A DNA stretch of 64,000 bases from Candidatus Heimdallarchaeum endolithica (lineage in GTDB: Archaea; Asgardarchaeota; Heimdallarchaeia; Heimdallarchaeales; Heimdallarchaeaceae): contig CP084167.1 of NCBI GenBank assembly GCA_021513715.1, positions 2,816,001-2,880,000 on the forward strand. Reading direction: 5' to 3'. The position numbers and the translations under genes are program-made. This document shows positions 39,355 through 50,558 of the stretch, piece by piece (the stretch's first letter is position 1; each line of letters begins with the position of its first letter). The notes below the pieces were generated by a model, which was not told the origin of the DNA, did not search any database, and saw nothing but the letters and a program-made list of their open reading frames with translations.

Positions 39355-40641
39355 TTGATAAAGCATCTACTTATCCTAACAACATATGGGCAAATATTTT
39401 ATAGCCAAGAATTTGGAACGGAAGAAACAGTGGATGTCGCTTTAACTGGAGGGTTAATGTCTGCGATATACTCTATGGCTACTGAAACTCAAAGAGAAAA
39501 TATCACTGAGTTTGAAATGATGACTTCTAGAATTAAATTTAGAGAAGAAGAAAATGATCTATTGTTTGTTCTTACTGTCGATAAACGAATGGATGAAAAA
39601 GATGTCGAAGATTTGCTGGATATGATTTCCAAAAGGTTTTTTGAGAAATATGGAGAACTTCGGGTAGATGGGCTTATTTTAAGCGATTTTGAAGAAGATG
39701 TGACAGAAATAATAAATAACAAATTATGGTATCTCGAAACTTCTAAAAGAAAATTCAAGTTTTTTGACTACTTAGCTTTAATTGTTACTTCAGTAATATT
39801 GGGTTGGTATATTTATTTAATATTCAATATTCCAAGTTTTGTTTGGACTCCTTTGCTGAAAAAATTAGCTCAACCAGTAGATTTTGTTCTCTATCTTCTA
39901 ATTTTAATGGCTTCTTTTTCTTTACCAGGATTAGCGTTGTATTTTATTCTAAAGTTTTCTAATATTAAGGATATATTCAGATTCTCAAAAGATTACCTAA
40001 CTAGGCCAACAAGAGCAAGCTACGCAGAGCTATTACCTAACTACTTTTTGTTAAGTATTGTTATTTCTTATGTACTTTACTTTAGTTTTATGGTGTTTAG
40101 TAAAGCTTACTTCTCTGAAATTACAGCTTTTCCAATGTATCCTGGAGCACTACTAGGTTCTGATTATTCACAACCCTTTTCTTTTTATAATATGAGCAGC
40201 TCAGACATTGGCGATCAAGTATTAGTAGGTTCATTTACTTGGTTTAGCTGGGTTTTCCTATGTCCACTTATTTATTCATTAATCTTGGGAGAAAAGGAAA
40301 AGTGGAAATTACTTAGAAATAGTATTTTTATTGCCTCAATTGCAATAACTGCATTACTAGGTTGTTTAGTTGTAGGAGGAGTAATTTACCTGCAAGCTGT
40401 AGGTTTTCATCCTACAAATCCTGTTCTTTTTGCAGATGATGTTTCATCGCTTTTATACCAATTTGTTGCCCGTTTTCCATTAAACATTTTCTTTTACGGT
40501 TTTCTTCTATTTTTGGGTGTAGGGATAAACAGAGTTACTCCTCCTAAAACTAAGGTTTCTTCTCTTCTTGCTATTTGGGTATCAATTTACCTAACACTTA
40601 TTATTCAACGACTATTCTCTGATCTATGGGCTGGAAATTGA
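39355..40641 (+). CDS. Longin-domain protein fused to a polytopic membrane domain
   Basis: N-terminal LLILTTYGQIFYS...LTGGLMSAI...LLFVLTVD...ISKRFFEKY (Asgard-type longin pattern), followed by about 7 hydrophobic segments. Confidence 0.7.
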   Translation: MIKHLLILTTYGQIFYSQEFGTEETVDVALTGGLMSAIYSMATETQRENITEFEMMTSRIKFREEENDLLFVLTVDKRMDEKDVEDLLDMISKRFFEKYGELRVDGLILSDFEEDVTEIINNKLWYLETSKRKFKFFDYLALIVTSVILGWYIYLIFNIPSFVWTPLLKKLAQPVDFVLYLLILMASFSLPGLALYFILKFSNIKDIFRFSKDYLTRPTRASYAELLPNYFLLSIVISYVLYFSFMVFSKAYFSEITAFPMYPGALLGSDYSQPFSFYNMSSSDIGDQVLVGSFTWFSWVFLCPLIYSLILGEKEKWKLLRNSIFIASIAITALLGCLVVGGVIYLQAVGFHPTNPVLFADDVSSLLYQFVARFPLNIFFYGFLLFLGVGINRVTPPKTKVSSLLAIWVSIYLTLIIQRLFSDLWAGN

Positions 40642-40707
40642 TCTCTCTCTTTTCTCTTTCTACAAAGAATTTTTAAATTCATAAGATAGAAGGTAGATGA
40701 AGTTACA

Positions 40708-41862
40708 ATGCTCTCATTTAGTGTTCTCTTCTTTTTCCATAATAGAAAAAGAACTTACCAAGCAATATTAGTACTCTCTCTTTCCTTAGTAATCTATATT
40801 TCAACTACTCTCTTGGTGAGAGGTTATTCTTCAAATCTTTCAGGAATGGCTAACATTATTACTCCATCAGATGAATATATTATAATAGAAAAGGAAAAGT
40901 CACTATCTGAAAGTAGAATTGAAAATCAAACTATTGATTTTCTTTATGATTATGCAGAAAAAACTCCAAATATAAAAGCAATAGTCGCATACAAATATGC
41001 ACCAATAATTGTAAAAGGAGAAAATGGTAGAATTAAGGAAACTTATCTTCGTTTATTGAATTTTACTTATTTTAATTCGTATTATCCTTGGGAGTATGTT
41101 TATTCGTTTGAAAATCCGGGTTCTGATGAGCTTATTTTAGGAAGATACTTAGCTTCTTTGTTATCTGCTGATAAAAACTCAATAGTTGACGTTTGTCTTC
41201 CAACTATCAATTTTAACACATCTCTTGTAATTTCTAATGTAATAACAAACAGCGATGAATTTGAACTCGAAATAATTGCGAGCTTTAGCAGCATTTTGAA
41301 CTCACACTTTGATTATTTCTCTTTTATTGAAATAAAAATTAAAGAACCTTCAACTATTTCTGCTATTCAAGAGGATATTAAAGAAAAGTATCCTGAACTT
41401 GATGTAATAAGTGAAAAGCAAACACAAGAATTTATCATTTATGGTACAAATGATATCATACAAACTCTTAATCTATTGCAATCCTTATTTTTTATTTTAA
41501 TGCTTGTTTCAATTACGTATAGCATTTATACTTTAGTAAAAGAAAGTGAAAAAGAAATTTTTATTCTCCGTTCTATAGGGGCCACCAATTTAAATATTAT
41601 TAGCCTTTTTCTTCTCCAATCATTATATATAGGACTAATTTCAGCATTCTTGGCTTTAATTGGTGGATTTTTATTAATTGTTTCCATTGTTTCGGCAGTA
41701 ACAGCTTTTTCTTATCTTCCTTATATTTCTGTCACAATATATTCAAAGTTAATTGTAATTATTTTTGGTTTTTCAATAGGTTTGTCAATATTATCAGGAA
41801 TAATTCCTTCTTTCCTTGCGTCAAAAATAAGATTACTTAAGGAGGATGAAAATATTGTTTAA
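40708..41862 (+). CDS. FtsX/MacB-like ABC permease
   Basis: N-terminal TM, extracytoplasmic domain, EKEIFILRSIGAT and three C-terminal TMs. Confidence 0.85.
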   Translation: MLSFSVLFFFHNRKRTYQAILVLSLSLVIYISTTLLVRGYSSNLSGMANIITPSDEYIIIEKEKSLSESRIENQTIDFLYDYAEKTPNIKAIVAYKYAPIIVKGENGRIKETYLRLLNFTYFNSYYPWEYVYSFENPGSDELILGRYLASLLSADKNSIVDVCLPTINFNTSLVISNVITNSDEFELEIIASFSSILNSHFDYFSFIEIKIKEPSTISAIQEDIKEKYPELDVISEKQTQEFIIYGTNDIIQTLNLLQSLFFILMLVSITYSIYTLVKESEKEIFILRSIGATNLNIISLFLLQSLYIGLISAFLALIGGFLLIVSIVSAVTAFSYLPYISVTIYSKLIVIIFGFSIGLSILSGIIPSFLASKIRLLKEDENIV

Positions 41863-44800
41863 TCTTAGACATACTTTCCTATATAACATTTTACCAAAAA
41901 AGAGATTACTAATAGCTTTTATTGGTTTTTTCATTAGTTCAGTAGTTATCTCTGGTGGATCAATATTAATGTATAGTATTGTTTCTTCTACTACAACTTA
42001 TCTCGGTGAGAGTGATGATGTCCTTATAATAACGAAAGAAGGTTCTACAACTCCCTATACAAGCCAATTACCTCTAGACTTTGTTGAAGCAGTGAAATTT
42101 GTACCTGGAGTAGTTGAAGTGTGTCCCGAGGTTTTAACTGCAGCGGTATATAAAAATAAGGCTATTTATTTTAGGGGAGTAGATACATATAGCTTTTGGA
42201 ATTTTACTCCTTATACTTTAATTGATGGGGTATTATTAGATGACAAAGATACCTTTAATGTTACGATTGGATTAAACTTTGCAGAAGAGCATAAATTAGA
42301 GGTTGGAGATTTCATAACTATTTATTCTACAAAAACAACTTCAGCTATTGAATTAAGAGTCAAATCTATTATTTACACTGGTACACTTCTAGATGATGAA
42401 CTAGTAGCTCCATTAGCAATTGGACAATTTTTAACTTTTGATTCGTTTAACTATATTACTCATGTTAGAGCAAGGATTGATTTATCAAAAACTACAAAAG
42501 AAAAAGTGAAAAGTATAGTATCGAATAGTTATAAAATTAAAGTTGGAGTACGAACCTTTAATGAAACACAAGAGCTTAATGCTACTGTTTTTGTTCAAGA
42601 TTTGCGCGGACAAAAAATTAACACAACTGAAATTGTAAACTTAAACTCTATGGTATTTGAACTCCCATTTAGAATGTATGAAATTTATGCACAGATAGGA
42701 GATTTTAAGTCAAATAAAACACAAATATTACCTGGAATAGACTTAGAGGTCAACATTCTTATTCCTTATTTAGAAAGAGTTGTGAATTTTACTGTTTTAA
42801 CAGAAGAAAAAGAACCAATAGAAAACGCAAAAATAAGCTTAACTCGCAAAGATTCTGATGTTTATTCTTATACTGATGAAATAGTATTGTATTCAAATTC
42901 TAAAGGAAAAGCAGTTGTCACTCTCAGTAATGGTACGTATTCTGCTGTCATCTCTTATAAAAGATTCAATAACAAATTCAATTTTGTAACTCAGGAAAAT
43001 AATGAATTTACGATAACATTGATAAAGAAACATCCAGACTTACAAGTGAATTTTCCAAAAAACAACTCTATAATACATGGTACAACACTTAATCTCTCTT
43101 TTGTTAGTTCTCCTGGTTATTCAATATATTATTACTTTGATGGCGATGGATCCAACACTTATACTTATTATAGTGAGTATTCTGGTCTACTATCCCCTGA
43201 ATTCCTTTTACACAAATTTTCAGGAGAAGCAGGAGAACACACGCTTACAGTTTATACAAAAAATTCTTATTATTCAGGAAACGTGTCAGAATATTTTAAT
43301 TCAACAATTATTTATTTCACTATAATTGACCCACCTGAAACTTTAGAATTTGAAAATGTTTCAGATATGTCTAATTTAGAGCCCAATCAAGTATTGAAAG
43401 TAAACTTACCATTTAACTATTCTTATTATGCCCCTTCCTATAGCTGGGACGATAAAGAATGGATAAGTATGGATGATAATCAGATCGTTGCAGAAGCAAC
43501 AATAGGATTGCATAAGTTAGAAATTAAACTTAAAACGAATACTAAGCAAAAGACCTATTTCTATTATTTCTCTATTTCAGAAAACAATTACAATTTTGGA
43601 TTGTATAACTTATCGTATCATAAAAAAATAAAACCAAATTCAATTTTTAAGGTTTGGTTTAATAATCTAACAGAGCCACTCTTCTATAGTTGGGATAATC
43701 GTAGTTCAAATAATTTATTTGAACACGAATATATTTTAACAACAAGTTTATCAGAAGGTAGTCATTCATTAACTATTGGATTCCAAAAAGATGGGCTATG
43801 GAACAATAGAAGTTACAATGTAATTATTGATACTGGTATTCCAAATATCTCTCTTTCAGCTACAAATAATTCTATTCTAAGTTCAGGAGAATTTTTGACC
43901 GTTTTTTCAAATGAAACAATTTATGATCTTGCGTTTTCATGGGATAATCAAAAATATTCATTATCTTATGATAACAAAATCCCAACTCCTTATACAAACG
44001 GTACACATACTTTAAGTTTGGTTGGTTATGATTTAGTGGGTAATAGATTTAATTTATTTTACAATTTCACTATTGTTAATCAAACAAATGTTAATCTTTA
44101 TGATTTCTTTTTGTTAAACGAGTATTCAGGGCTGATTAATCAAACATTTGTTGAACTCGAAATTTATTCTCCACCTGATGTTTCAACAATAACCTATGAA
44201 TTAGAAGGAATGCTAAATATTTCAGGAAATTACTCGGAAAAACTACTATTTTATCTTTATTCCGGGAAATATAATTTAACAATTAAACTCTTCAACAGCT
44301 CCCAAATTGTAGGTTACAGAAATTGGTCTTTTTATGTAATGAATGGATACAACAAATCATTCATTTCGTACTCTGATTTAACACAAAATAATGATTTAGA
44401 AGATGTTGTGGTCTACTTCCCAGAATTCGATGTTTCATATAAATTAGATGAATCATCAACAATATTTATTACAGATAATATATGGTCTTCAATTATTTCG
44501 TCTTACAATTCTACTTACAACTTATTTTCATATTTGTTTGTTGATACACAACCACCTAGTGTTTCTATACTATCACCAGACAAAGGGTCTGATCTTGCAA
44601 ATATATGGTTGGATTTAAAAACAGAAGCTGTAGAAGTTTTTTACAAAATTGATTCTTTAACAACACTTAGTAAATATTACTCTCCTGTAGTTATATCTAA
44701 TTTATCAATAGGAGAACACAAATTATATTTAACTTTGTATGATAGTTTGAAGAATAAGAAGGAACTTACATATACTTTTTCTATAGGAATCGAATATTCT

Positions 44801-46066
44801 CTTGTTAATTTAACTTTTGTTTATTCTGAAATAGGAAATGTTACTCTAGCCCCAAATTATGAATTTAAAGTTCGTTCTATTTGGAATAAAACTTTAATTT
44901 CTCTACAATCAAATAACAATGGAACTTCACTATTTAAAATTTTGAAAGGACAGTTTTATTTGTACATCACTTATGATAATACAACATTTGTATTTACAAT
45001 CAATGCAATAAGTAATATTGAAAAAACTATATTTCTTGGAAAAACAAATTTGACATTATCGTTTATTGATGTCTATGCGAATCTGCCAATATCAAACCAG
45101 TACTTCAATATTTACGATATTACAGGATTACTAATAAAAAGACTAAAAACAAATATTACAGGAGAAACAGAAGTGTCTTTGGACACAGGCATTTATTTTG
45201 TGGAATATGAAGTGCTTGATAATATTTATTCTTTTTATATTTATGTTTTTGAGGGAACGCAATCTTATACTTTTTATGTACTTTCACAGCCTGAATCAAT
45301 TAGTTTAACTTTTATATTTAGCAATAACACTCAGGCTAAAAACTTGCCAATAATTGTTGAAACTGAGTTTTTTGGAAATATTAGTTTTTATACAGATATT
45401 AACGGAGAATACGTTTTGTTGCTACCTTATCAAAAAATAGTTATACATGTTTTTTCACCTTCAGGAAGAAGATTAATATCTTTAACTCGATATATCGAAC
45501 CAGGTATTTCCTCTCTTAAAATCGTTATTCCTAGTGAAAAGAGTTCTACTTATCAAGAATTGCCATTTCAGAATATAGGCGGTTCTTTTGACATACTTAT
45601 AAGTTTATCTTCAGAGTATATGGAACATTATCTAAAGGGTTCTTTGCTTTTTACATATACTTTGGCTTATGCTGAAATTATTCTGATTGTATTGATTGTA
45701 GGCGCTAACTTATACGCTATTTTGAGAAATATAAACACAGAAAGTAGAAAAGAAATAAGAATTACTGAGATGATAGGTGCTACTTATCCTCATATTATGT
45801 TTTCTATTTTTTCCAGATTGGTTATTTTATCCTCTTTCTCCTATTTTATTGGGTATTTTGTGGGGACTGAAATTCTTAAATTATTAGCTAAGATGAACAA
45901 AACAGTATTCTTTGGTCATACATTTATTCCAAAAGGTAATGTATTTATTTTTATTATATGCTATTTCTTGATATTGATAATTGTAAGTATGACATCATTA
46001 TTTTTAGTAGTTTCACATAAGAAAAGGGAGAAAAAAAGGAGAGAAAGTAAAATTCCGTTGAAATAA
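41846..46066 (+). CDS. FtsX/MacB-like permease with about 1000-aa extracellular Ig-like repeat insertion
   Basis: MacB-type start (FRGVD, VTIG..FAEEHKLEVGD), repeated YSWD / IDT.P beta modules rich in N-x-S/T, and C-terminal RKEIRITEMIGAT plus TMs. Confidence 0.8.
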   Translation: MKILFNLRHTFLYNILPKKRLLIAFIGFFISSVVISGGSILMYSIVSSTTTYLGESDDVLIITKEGSTTPYTSQLPLDFVEAVKFVPGVVEVCPEVLTAAVYKNKAIYFRGVDTYSFWNFTPYTLIDGVLLDDKDTFNVTIGLNFAEEHKLEVGDFITIYSTKTTSAIELRVKSIIYTGTLLDDELVAPLAIGQFLTFDSFNYITHVRARIDLSKTTKEKVKSIVSNSYKIKVGVRTFNETQELNATVFVQDLRGQKINTTEIVNLNSMVFELPFRMYEIYAQIGDFKSNKTQILPGIDLEVNILIPYLERVVNFTVLTEEKEPIENAKISLTRKDSDVYSYTDEIVLYSNSKGKAVVTLSNGTYSAVISYKRFNNKFNFVTQENNEFTITLIKKHPDLQVNFPKNNSIIHGTTLNLSFVSSPGYSIYYYFDGDGSNTYTYYSEYSGLLSPEFLLHKFSGEAGEHTLTVYTKNSYYSGNVSEYFNSTIIYFTIIDPPETLEFENVSDMSNLEPNQVLKVNLPFNYSYYAPSYSWDDKEWISMDDNQIVAEATIGLHKLEIKLKTNTKQKTYFYYFSISENNYNFGLYNLSYHKKIKPNSIFKVWFNNLTEPLFYSWDNRSSNNLFEHEYILTTSLSEGSHSLTIGFQKDGLWNNRSYNVIIDTGIPNISLSATNNSILSSGEFLTVFSNETIYDLAFSWDNQKYSLSYDNKIPTPYTNGTHTLSLVGYDLVGNRFNLFYNFTIVNQTNVNLYDFFLLNEYSGLINQTFVELEIYSPPDVSTITYELEGMLNISGNYSEKLLFYLYSGKYNLTIKLFNSSQIVGYRNWSFYVMNGYNKSFISYSDLTQNNDLEDVVVYFPEFDVSYKLDESSTIFITDNIWSSIISSYNSTYNLFSYLFVDTQPPSVSILSPDKGSDLANIWLDLKTEAVEVFYKIDSLTTLSKYYSPVVISNLSIGEHKLYLTLYDSLKNKKELTYTFSIGIEYSLVNLTFVYSEIGNVTLAPNYEFKVRSIWNKTLISLQSNNNGTSLFKILKGQFYLYITYDNTTFVFTINAISNIEKTIFLGKTNLTLSFIDVYANLPISNQYFNIYDITGLLIKRLKTNITGETEVSLDTGIYFVEYEVLDNIYSFYIYVFEGTQSYTFYVLSQPESISLTFIFSNNTQAKNLPIIVETEFFGNISFYTDINGEYVLLLPYQKIVIHVFSPSGRRLISLTRYIEPGISSLKIVIPSEKSSTYQELPFQNIGGSFDILISLSSEYMEHYLKGSLLFTYTLAYAEIILIVLIVGANLYAILRNINTESRKEIRITEMIGATYPHIMFSIFSRLVILSSFSYFIGYFVGTEILKLLAKMNKTVFFGHTFIPKGNVFIFIICYFLILIIVSMTSLFLVVSHKKREKKRRESKIPLK

Positions 46067-46070
46067 ACTT

Positions 46071-48872
46071 CTACTTAATAGTAAATCCATTAATACCATA
46101 AGTAAACCAGCTGTTATTATAATAATAAATATTCAAACCACTTGTTGATAGAGTTGAAACATGATAACTCTGTGTCTCAATTTCATTTGTGTTTGAATGG
46201 TAATAAGATATTAAAATATCAATTGAGAATATTGTGTATGAACTCTGTTCTAATGTTAAAAGTGTAAATTGGTTAAAGCTTTCTACTTCTGGTTTTTTAA
46301 TTGTGTAGTTTAAAACTGATGTTCTTCTTGTATGTTCTCTAAAACTTGAATATTCTGTAGAAATTGTGAGATTAAATGGCTGTTTTGTGGGTATTGCTGT
46401 AAAGTCTTGAATAAGATCTATTTGGGCTTTACTGCCATTTATAGTTGTTTTGTGGAAATTATTACTAAATAAGTTTGTTTTACTATTTTCATTCTTTAGA
46501 AGAAATTCAACAGGACCGATATATGGCTTGCTAAAATCATAATTGTTGAATGTATATAGCAAGTATTCTTCATTATAAAAATTCAAAGTGAATAATTTTC
46601 TATTTGCCAGTATTCGAAAGATGTAATATTTCCAATAATATTTCTCTATGAAAGCTTTGTACCAATCATTCTTTTGATTTTGAGAAACAAAAATTGAGAC
46701 ATTATACTTATTGAAGAAATTAAAGAGTCTTGTTACATTCTCTCTATCTAAAGGAAATATACCTTCCTTAATTCCTGAGCTTTGTATAGATCCAAACATA
46801 TATACATCTATAGTAGGTTGAGAGACATAGTACTCTATTCCAGGAGTATTAATAGATAGTATTGTTTCCCAATCTGAAGCTCCAAGTCTATTAATAGCAT
46901 TTTTTAATTCTTCATAATTGGTTCTAGTGTAATAACTATAGCGATGTTGATATTCATTAATATTGAATTTACAATAAGTAATGAGAGCAGCTTGAGCTGC
47001 CATTGGAACAAATATTAATACGAAAAGCATAAAGGTTGTTGATATCTTCTGAATACTCTTTTTTTTGCTGTAGATCTTAGTAAAACTAAGATTCCAACTT
47101 TTTTCTTTCCAAATGAATAGAAACACAATCAAAGTTAGAAAAAATGAGAATCCAATAATGCTTCCAACATGTGTATGAGCTTTATACCAACGTTCATGAA
47201 AATTGACTATAACTCCAACTTCAAAAGGAAAGACTGGATAAAGAGATAAAAAGGCTGTTAAAGCAAGGAAAATAAAAGCAAAAAAGCCATCATTTTCTAA
47301 ATTAAATTTTTCATTAAAGAAGTTTACAATTCCTTTGAACCCAAAAATTACAATTATTGTTAGCGGGACAACAATTGGGGAAAGATAACGAATTGAACCT
47401 AAGGCAAAAAATCCTTGCCAGAAGATATAGAAAAATACTAACCAGATGATTAATCCATGTTTATTCTTTTTGTGTGCACAGAATAGTCCTGTAAGTTTTA
47501 CAAATAGCCATGAAGGTGCAAACATTGTTGCAATTAGAATTGCAAAAGTAGAGGTTACAAAGGTTGCTGTATGAGCGTTTTCAAGGTAAGTCTCAACAAA
47601 AGGAAGGCTTATACCTTTCCAACTAAGATTGAAAGTAGCATTTCTAGGGTCCCAGTAAGTATTTCTAAGCATTTCTTCAACACCAGTTATTCTTAACATA
47701 TGTTGTGCCCAGAAATAACCTACAAAGATAGGAAAAGAAAAAATTATGACAGTGAAAAACCACCTCTTATACGAAAAATTTAGTGTTTCAGATTGAATGA
47801 TTATTATTGCACAATAAATAGCTGCTAATACAATAAAAATTGATGTACCGATGTAAATATCAAATAAAGATTTTCTTGCTATTTGAGCTACAAAACCAAA
47901 AACAAGTAAGATTCTTAACACTTTTCCTACTTTATCTGAATCCATTGCAGCAAAAATAATAAGAGGAATTATAAACCCGCTTATCTTACTTAAAACACAG
48001 CCAGCAAATGATGCAGAGGTTAAAAGAGTATAAAAAATTTGATCTTTGTTTGATGTACTTTGTATGAATTTCTTATAATAGTAGTAAGATGCAGTTGTGA
48101 AGAACATAATGTAAATTTCTTGGTAATATTGATATTCATAAATAAGAAAATATACAAAAGGTGTTACCAGAAAGGCGATTGTTGACATATTTGAGTATTT
48201 TTCACTTAATCCTTCTATTCTTGCAATCTTATAACACAAATAAACAGTTAAGCTGAAAAATAACATAGGGACTAATTGTATCATTTCAGATAGTGTTATG
48301 AAGAAAGTAAAAGCATAAAGCATCACATTAAGCGGAGGTTTAAACATTGGTAGAAAATTTAATTCGTTGATTTTTCCTAGTTCACCTGTGGCAAAAATTC
48401 TAAAAGCGTTTGGGAGATAAAAATGTAGTGCATCCCAACCTCTAATAGGAGAAACAAGAGCTTGGAAAGTGTATGCACAAAGAATTAAAAAAATAACTAC
48501 AACTAGAATTTTACTAATGCTCTTTTCATATTTATATTGTCCCTTTAAAACGGTTTTAGGAAGAATTTTTATTAGGAAATGAAACAAATAATAAAGGAAA
48601 ATAGCTATGCTTATTGTTAAAAAAGTATAAACAAAGTTACTCATTAATTGTTTTGTTAATTGGTTAGGATAATTGTATGCTAAAAGACCAAAGAAAATCA
48701 TCGGCCCAACAAGTGAGATCGTTCCTAATACTGTTGAGTCAAGAATAATTTCAAAAAAAGTCTGTTTTTTTTCACTTTTTAGTAGTTTTTTGATAATTAA
48801 CACTTCTATAGAACCAAATGAGATAATGGAAATAACTGGTAAAATAACTCTAATGTCAAGCATAAATGTCAT
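46071..48872 (-). CDS. GT-C fold (ArnT/PMT-like) membrane glycosyltransferase
   Basis: PIRGWDALHFYLPNA, FKPPL, LSKISG and RYLSP, with many TM segments. Confidence 0.75.
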   Translation of the reverse strand: MTFMLDIRVILPVISIISFGSIEVLIIKKLLKSEKKQTFFEIILDSTVLGTISLVGPMIFFGLLAYNYPNQLTKQLMSNFVYTFLTISIAIFLYYLFHFLIKILPKTVLKGQYKYEKSISKILVVVIFLILCAYTFQALVSPIRGWDALHFYLPNAFRIFATGELGKINELNFLPMFKPPLNVMLYAFTFFITLSEMIQLVPMLFFSLTVYLCYKIARIEGLSEKYSNMSTIAFLVTPFVYFLIYEYQYYQEIYIMFFTTASYYYYKKFIQSTSNKDQIFYTLLTSASFAGCVLSKISGFIIPLIIFAAMDSDKVGKVLRILLVFGFVAQIARKSLFDIYIGTSIFIVLAAIYCAIIIIQSETLNFSYKRWFFTVIIFSFPIFVGYFWAQHMLRITGVEEMLRNTYWDPRNATFNLSWKGISLPFVETYLENAHTATFVTSTFAILIATMFAPSWLFVKLTGLFCAHKKNKHGLIIWLVFFYIFWQGFFALGSIRYLSPIVVPLTIIVIFGFKGIVNFFNEKFNLENDGFFAFIFLALTAFLSLYPVFPFEVGVIVNFHERWYKAHTHVGSIIGFSFFLTLIVFLFIWKEKSWNLSFTKIYSKKKSIQKISTTFMLFVLIFVPMAAQAALITYCKFNINEYQHRYSYYTRTNYEELKNAINRLGASDWETILSINTPGIEYYVSQPTIDVYMFGSIQSSGIKEGIFPLDRENVTRLFNFFNKYNVSIFVSQNQKNDWYKAFIEKYYWKYYIFRILANRKLFTLNFYNEEYLLYTFNNYDFSKPYIGPVEFLLKNENSKTNLFSNNFHKTTINGSKAQIDLIQDFTAIPTKQPFNLTISTEYSSFREHTRRTSVLNYTIKKPEVESFNQFTLLTLEQSSYTIFSIDILISYYHSNTNEIETQSYHVSTLSTSGLNIYYYNNSWFTYGINGFTIK

Positions 48873-50533
48873 TTTTTCTCTCCTTCATACTCTCTCATAA
48901 CATCTGCTGCACTTTTTGTAGATTTAGCCTTTTTAAGGAATTCTAATTCCTTAAAGTATGTGACAGTTATTATTGCTGGTACTGATAAAGATATTGCTGA
49001 CATAATAAACCATCCAACTAATGGATCAGGGGGAAATGACAAGAAAGATTGAACAATAGCATAATAAAAAGGACTAGATAGTATTAGTAGAACGAAAGAC
49101 CAGATAGAATATTTGATTTTTTCACTCATCTTGCCTAAAGATTTAGGCTTTTTCTTAATTGTTCTTCTAAACTCTTTTTTTATTCCCAAAAAAGCACTAA
49201 TTACAGCCCATAAAAGAAAGGATTGAGCTGTTAACATCAAAATATAAAAGGCAGTGATAGTCCAAACTCCACCCCAAAATCCTCTTAACCGAATCATCCT
49301 ATCTTCTTTTTCTTCTCTTATCCAAGTAATAACCCCCATAACTAAATTTGCAAAAGCGATAAGAATAGGTGCTAAGATAAGCAGAGGGACAACTTCTGCG
49401 ATATTTGGTCTAATGAATGGAATCTTCAAAAAGTAGTTACATGAAAGAATAAGAAAATTAACAAACCACATACTAACTCCAATAGCTGGAAGAACAGAGG
49501 TTACAGCCATATCTATTTTGTTTAAAAATGAACCTTTACCTCGTAGAACAAAGAAAGTTCTTTTTACAAAAATCTGTGAAATCCCATAAGTCCATCTCCA
49601 AACTTGATTTATCATTCCGATGGGTGTCCAGGGTACTAAACCATTACTGCATATTTCATGAATATAATCAGATTTGTAACCTTTTGCTATAAGAACGAAT
49701 GAAGTGTCTGTATCTTCTGCAAGAGTATCCTCTAAAAATCCACCAGCTTCTTTAACTAGCTTAGTTTTAAATACACCTGTAGTTCCTGCGAAAACTACTC
49801 CGAAACGAGTTGCTCGACTTTTTTGCATTATATGAAAAAATTGACTGTGAATGAAGGCACTACTCCTCTGCATGTAATTATCTTGATTAACAAACATGGG
49901 TTTTCCTTGAACAAAAATAATTTTTTCGTTAGTAAAACCAGATAAACATGTTTTTAGAAAATTCTCTGTTGGAATGTGGTCAGAATCTAATAAAGCAACA
50001 TAATCAGTTGAGATTTGTTTTAAAGCATTATTTATAGCTCCTGCCTTGAACCCTTTTCTATTCTTTCTGTGTATATATTTTACATTCTTTTTTTTGCAAA
50101 AATCTTTTAATTCCTTATTTTCACCTTCTGGTGTGTCATCTGCAATTATTACTTCAAAGGATTCTTTAGGGTAATCAACATTTAGTGCACCTTCTATAGT
50201 TTGAGATAAAACAGCTAAAGGCTCTTTATATGTTGGAATAATTATAGAAACAGAAGGGAAATTCTCTTTTTCAGAAATAAAAAAGTTTCTATTACTAGGA
50301 ATTTTGTAATCAGAAGAAGAACCAATATAGTAGTAAACAAAAATTGAATAAAAAGCACTGAATAGTTCTACAAAAAGTATTACAAAGTTTTCAATAACTA
50401 TAAGAATATTTTTTGTTCCACTATTAACTTTTGCAAATTGAATAATAAGAATTGAACTTGAAATAATATAATACAATAGAAAACCAAATAGTAAATAAAA
50501 TAATATATACCAGAATATTTTTGCTTTAGACAT
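48869..50533 (-). CDS. Processive GT2, cellulose-synthase-like
   Basis: DD, KAGAIN, DSD, AED and QVWRW (D,D,D,QxxRW), with N- and C-terminal TMs. Confidence 0.9.
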   Translation of the reverse strand: MSKAKIFWYILFYLLFGFLLYYIISSSILIIQFAKVNSGTKNILIVIENFVILFVELFSAFYSIFVYYYIGSSSDYKIPSNRNFFISEKENFPSVSIIIPTYKEPLAVLSQTIEGALNVDYPKESFEVIIADDTPEGENKELKDFCKKKNVKYIHRKNRKGFKAGAINNALKQISTDYVALLDSDHIPTENFLKTCLSGFTNEKIIFVQGKPMFVNQDNYMQRSSAFIHSQFFHIMQKSRATRFGVVFAGTTGVFKTKLVKEAGGFLEDTLAEDTDTSFVLIAKGYKSDYIHEICSNGLVPWTPIGMINQVWRWTYGISQIFVKRTFFVLRGKGSFLNKIDMAVTSVLPAIGVSMWFVNFLILSCNYFLKIPFIRPNIAEVVPLLILAPILIAFANLVMGVITWIREEKEDRMIRLRGFWGGVWTITAFYILMLTAQSFLLWAVISAFLGIKKEFRRTIKKKPKSLGKMSEKIKYSIWSFVLLILSSPFYYAIVQSFLSFPPDPLVGWFIMSAISLSVPAIITVTYFKELEFLKKAKSTKSAADVMREYEGEKK

Positions 50534-50558
50534 TTAACACACTTAATTCCAACTTACT

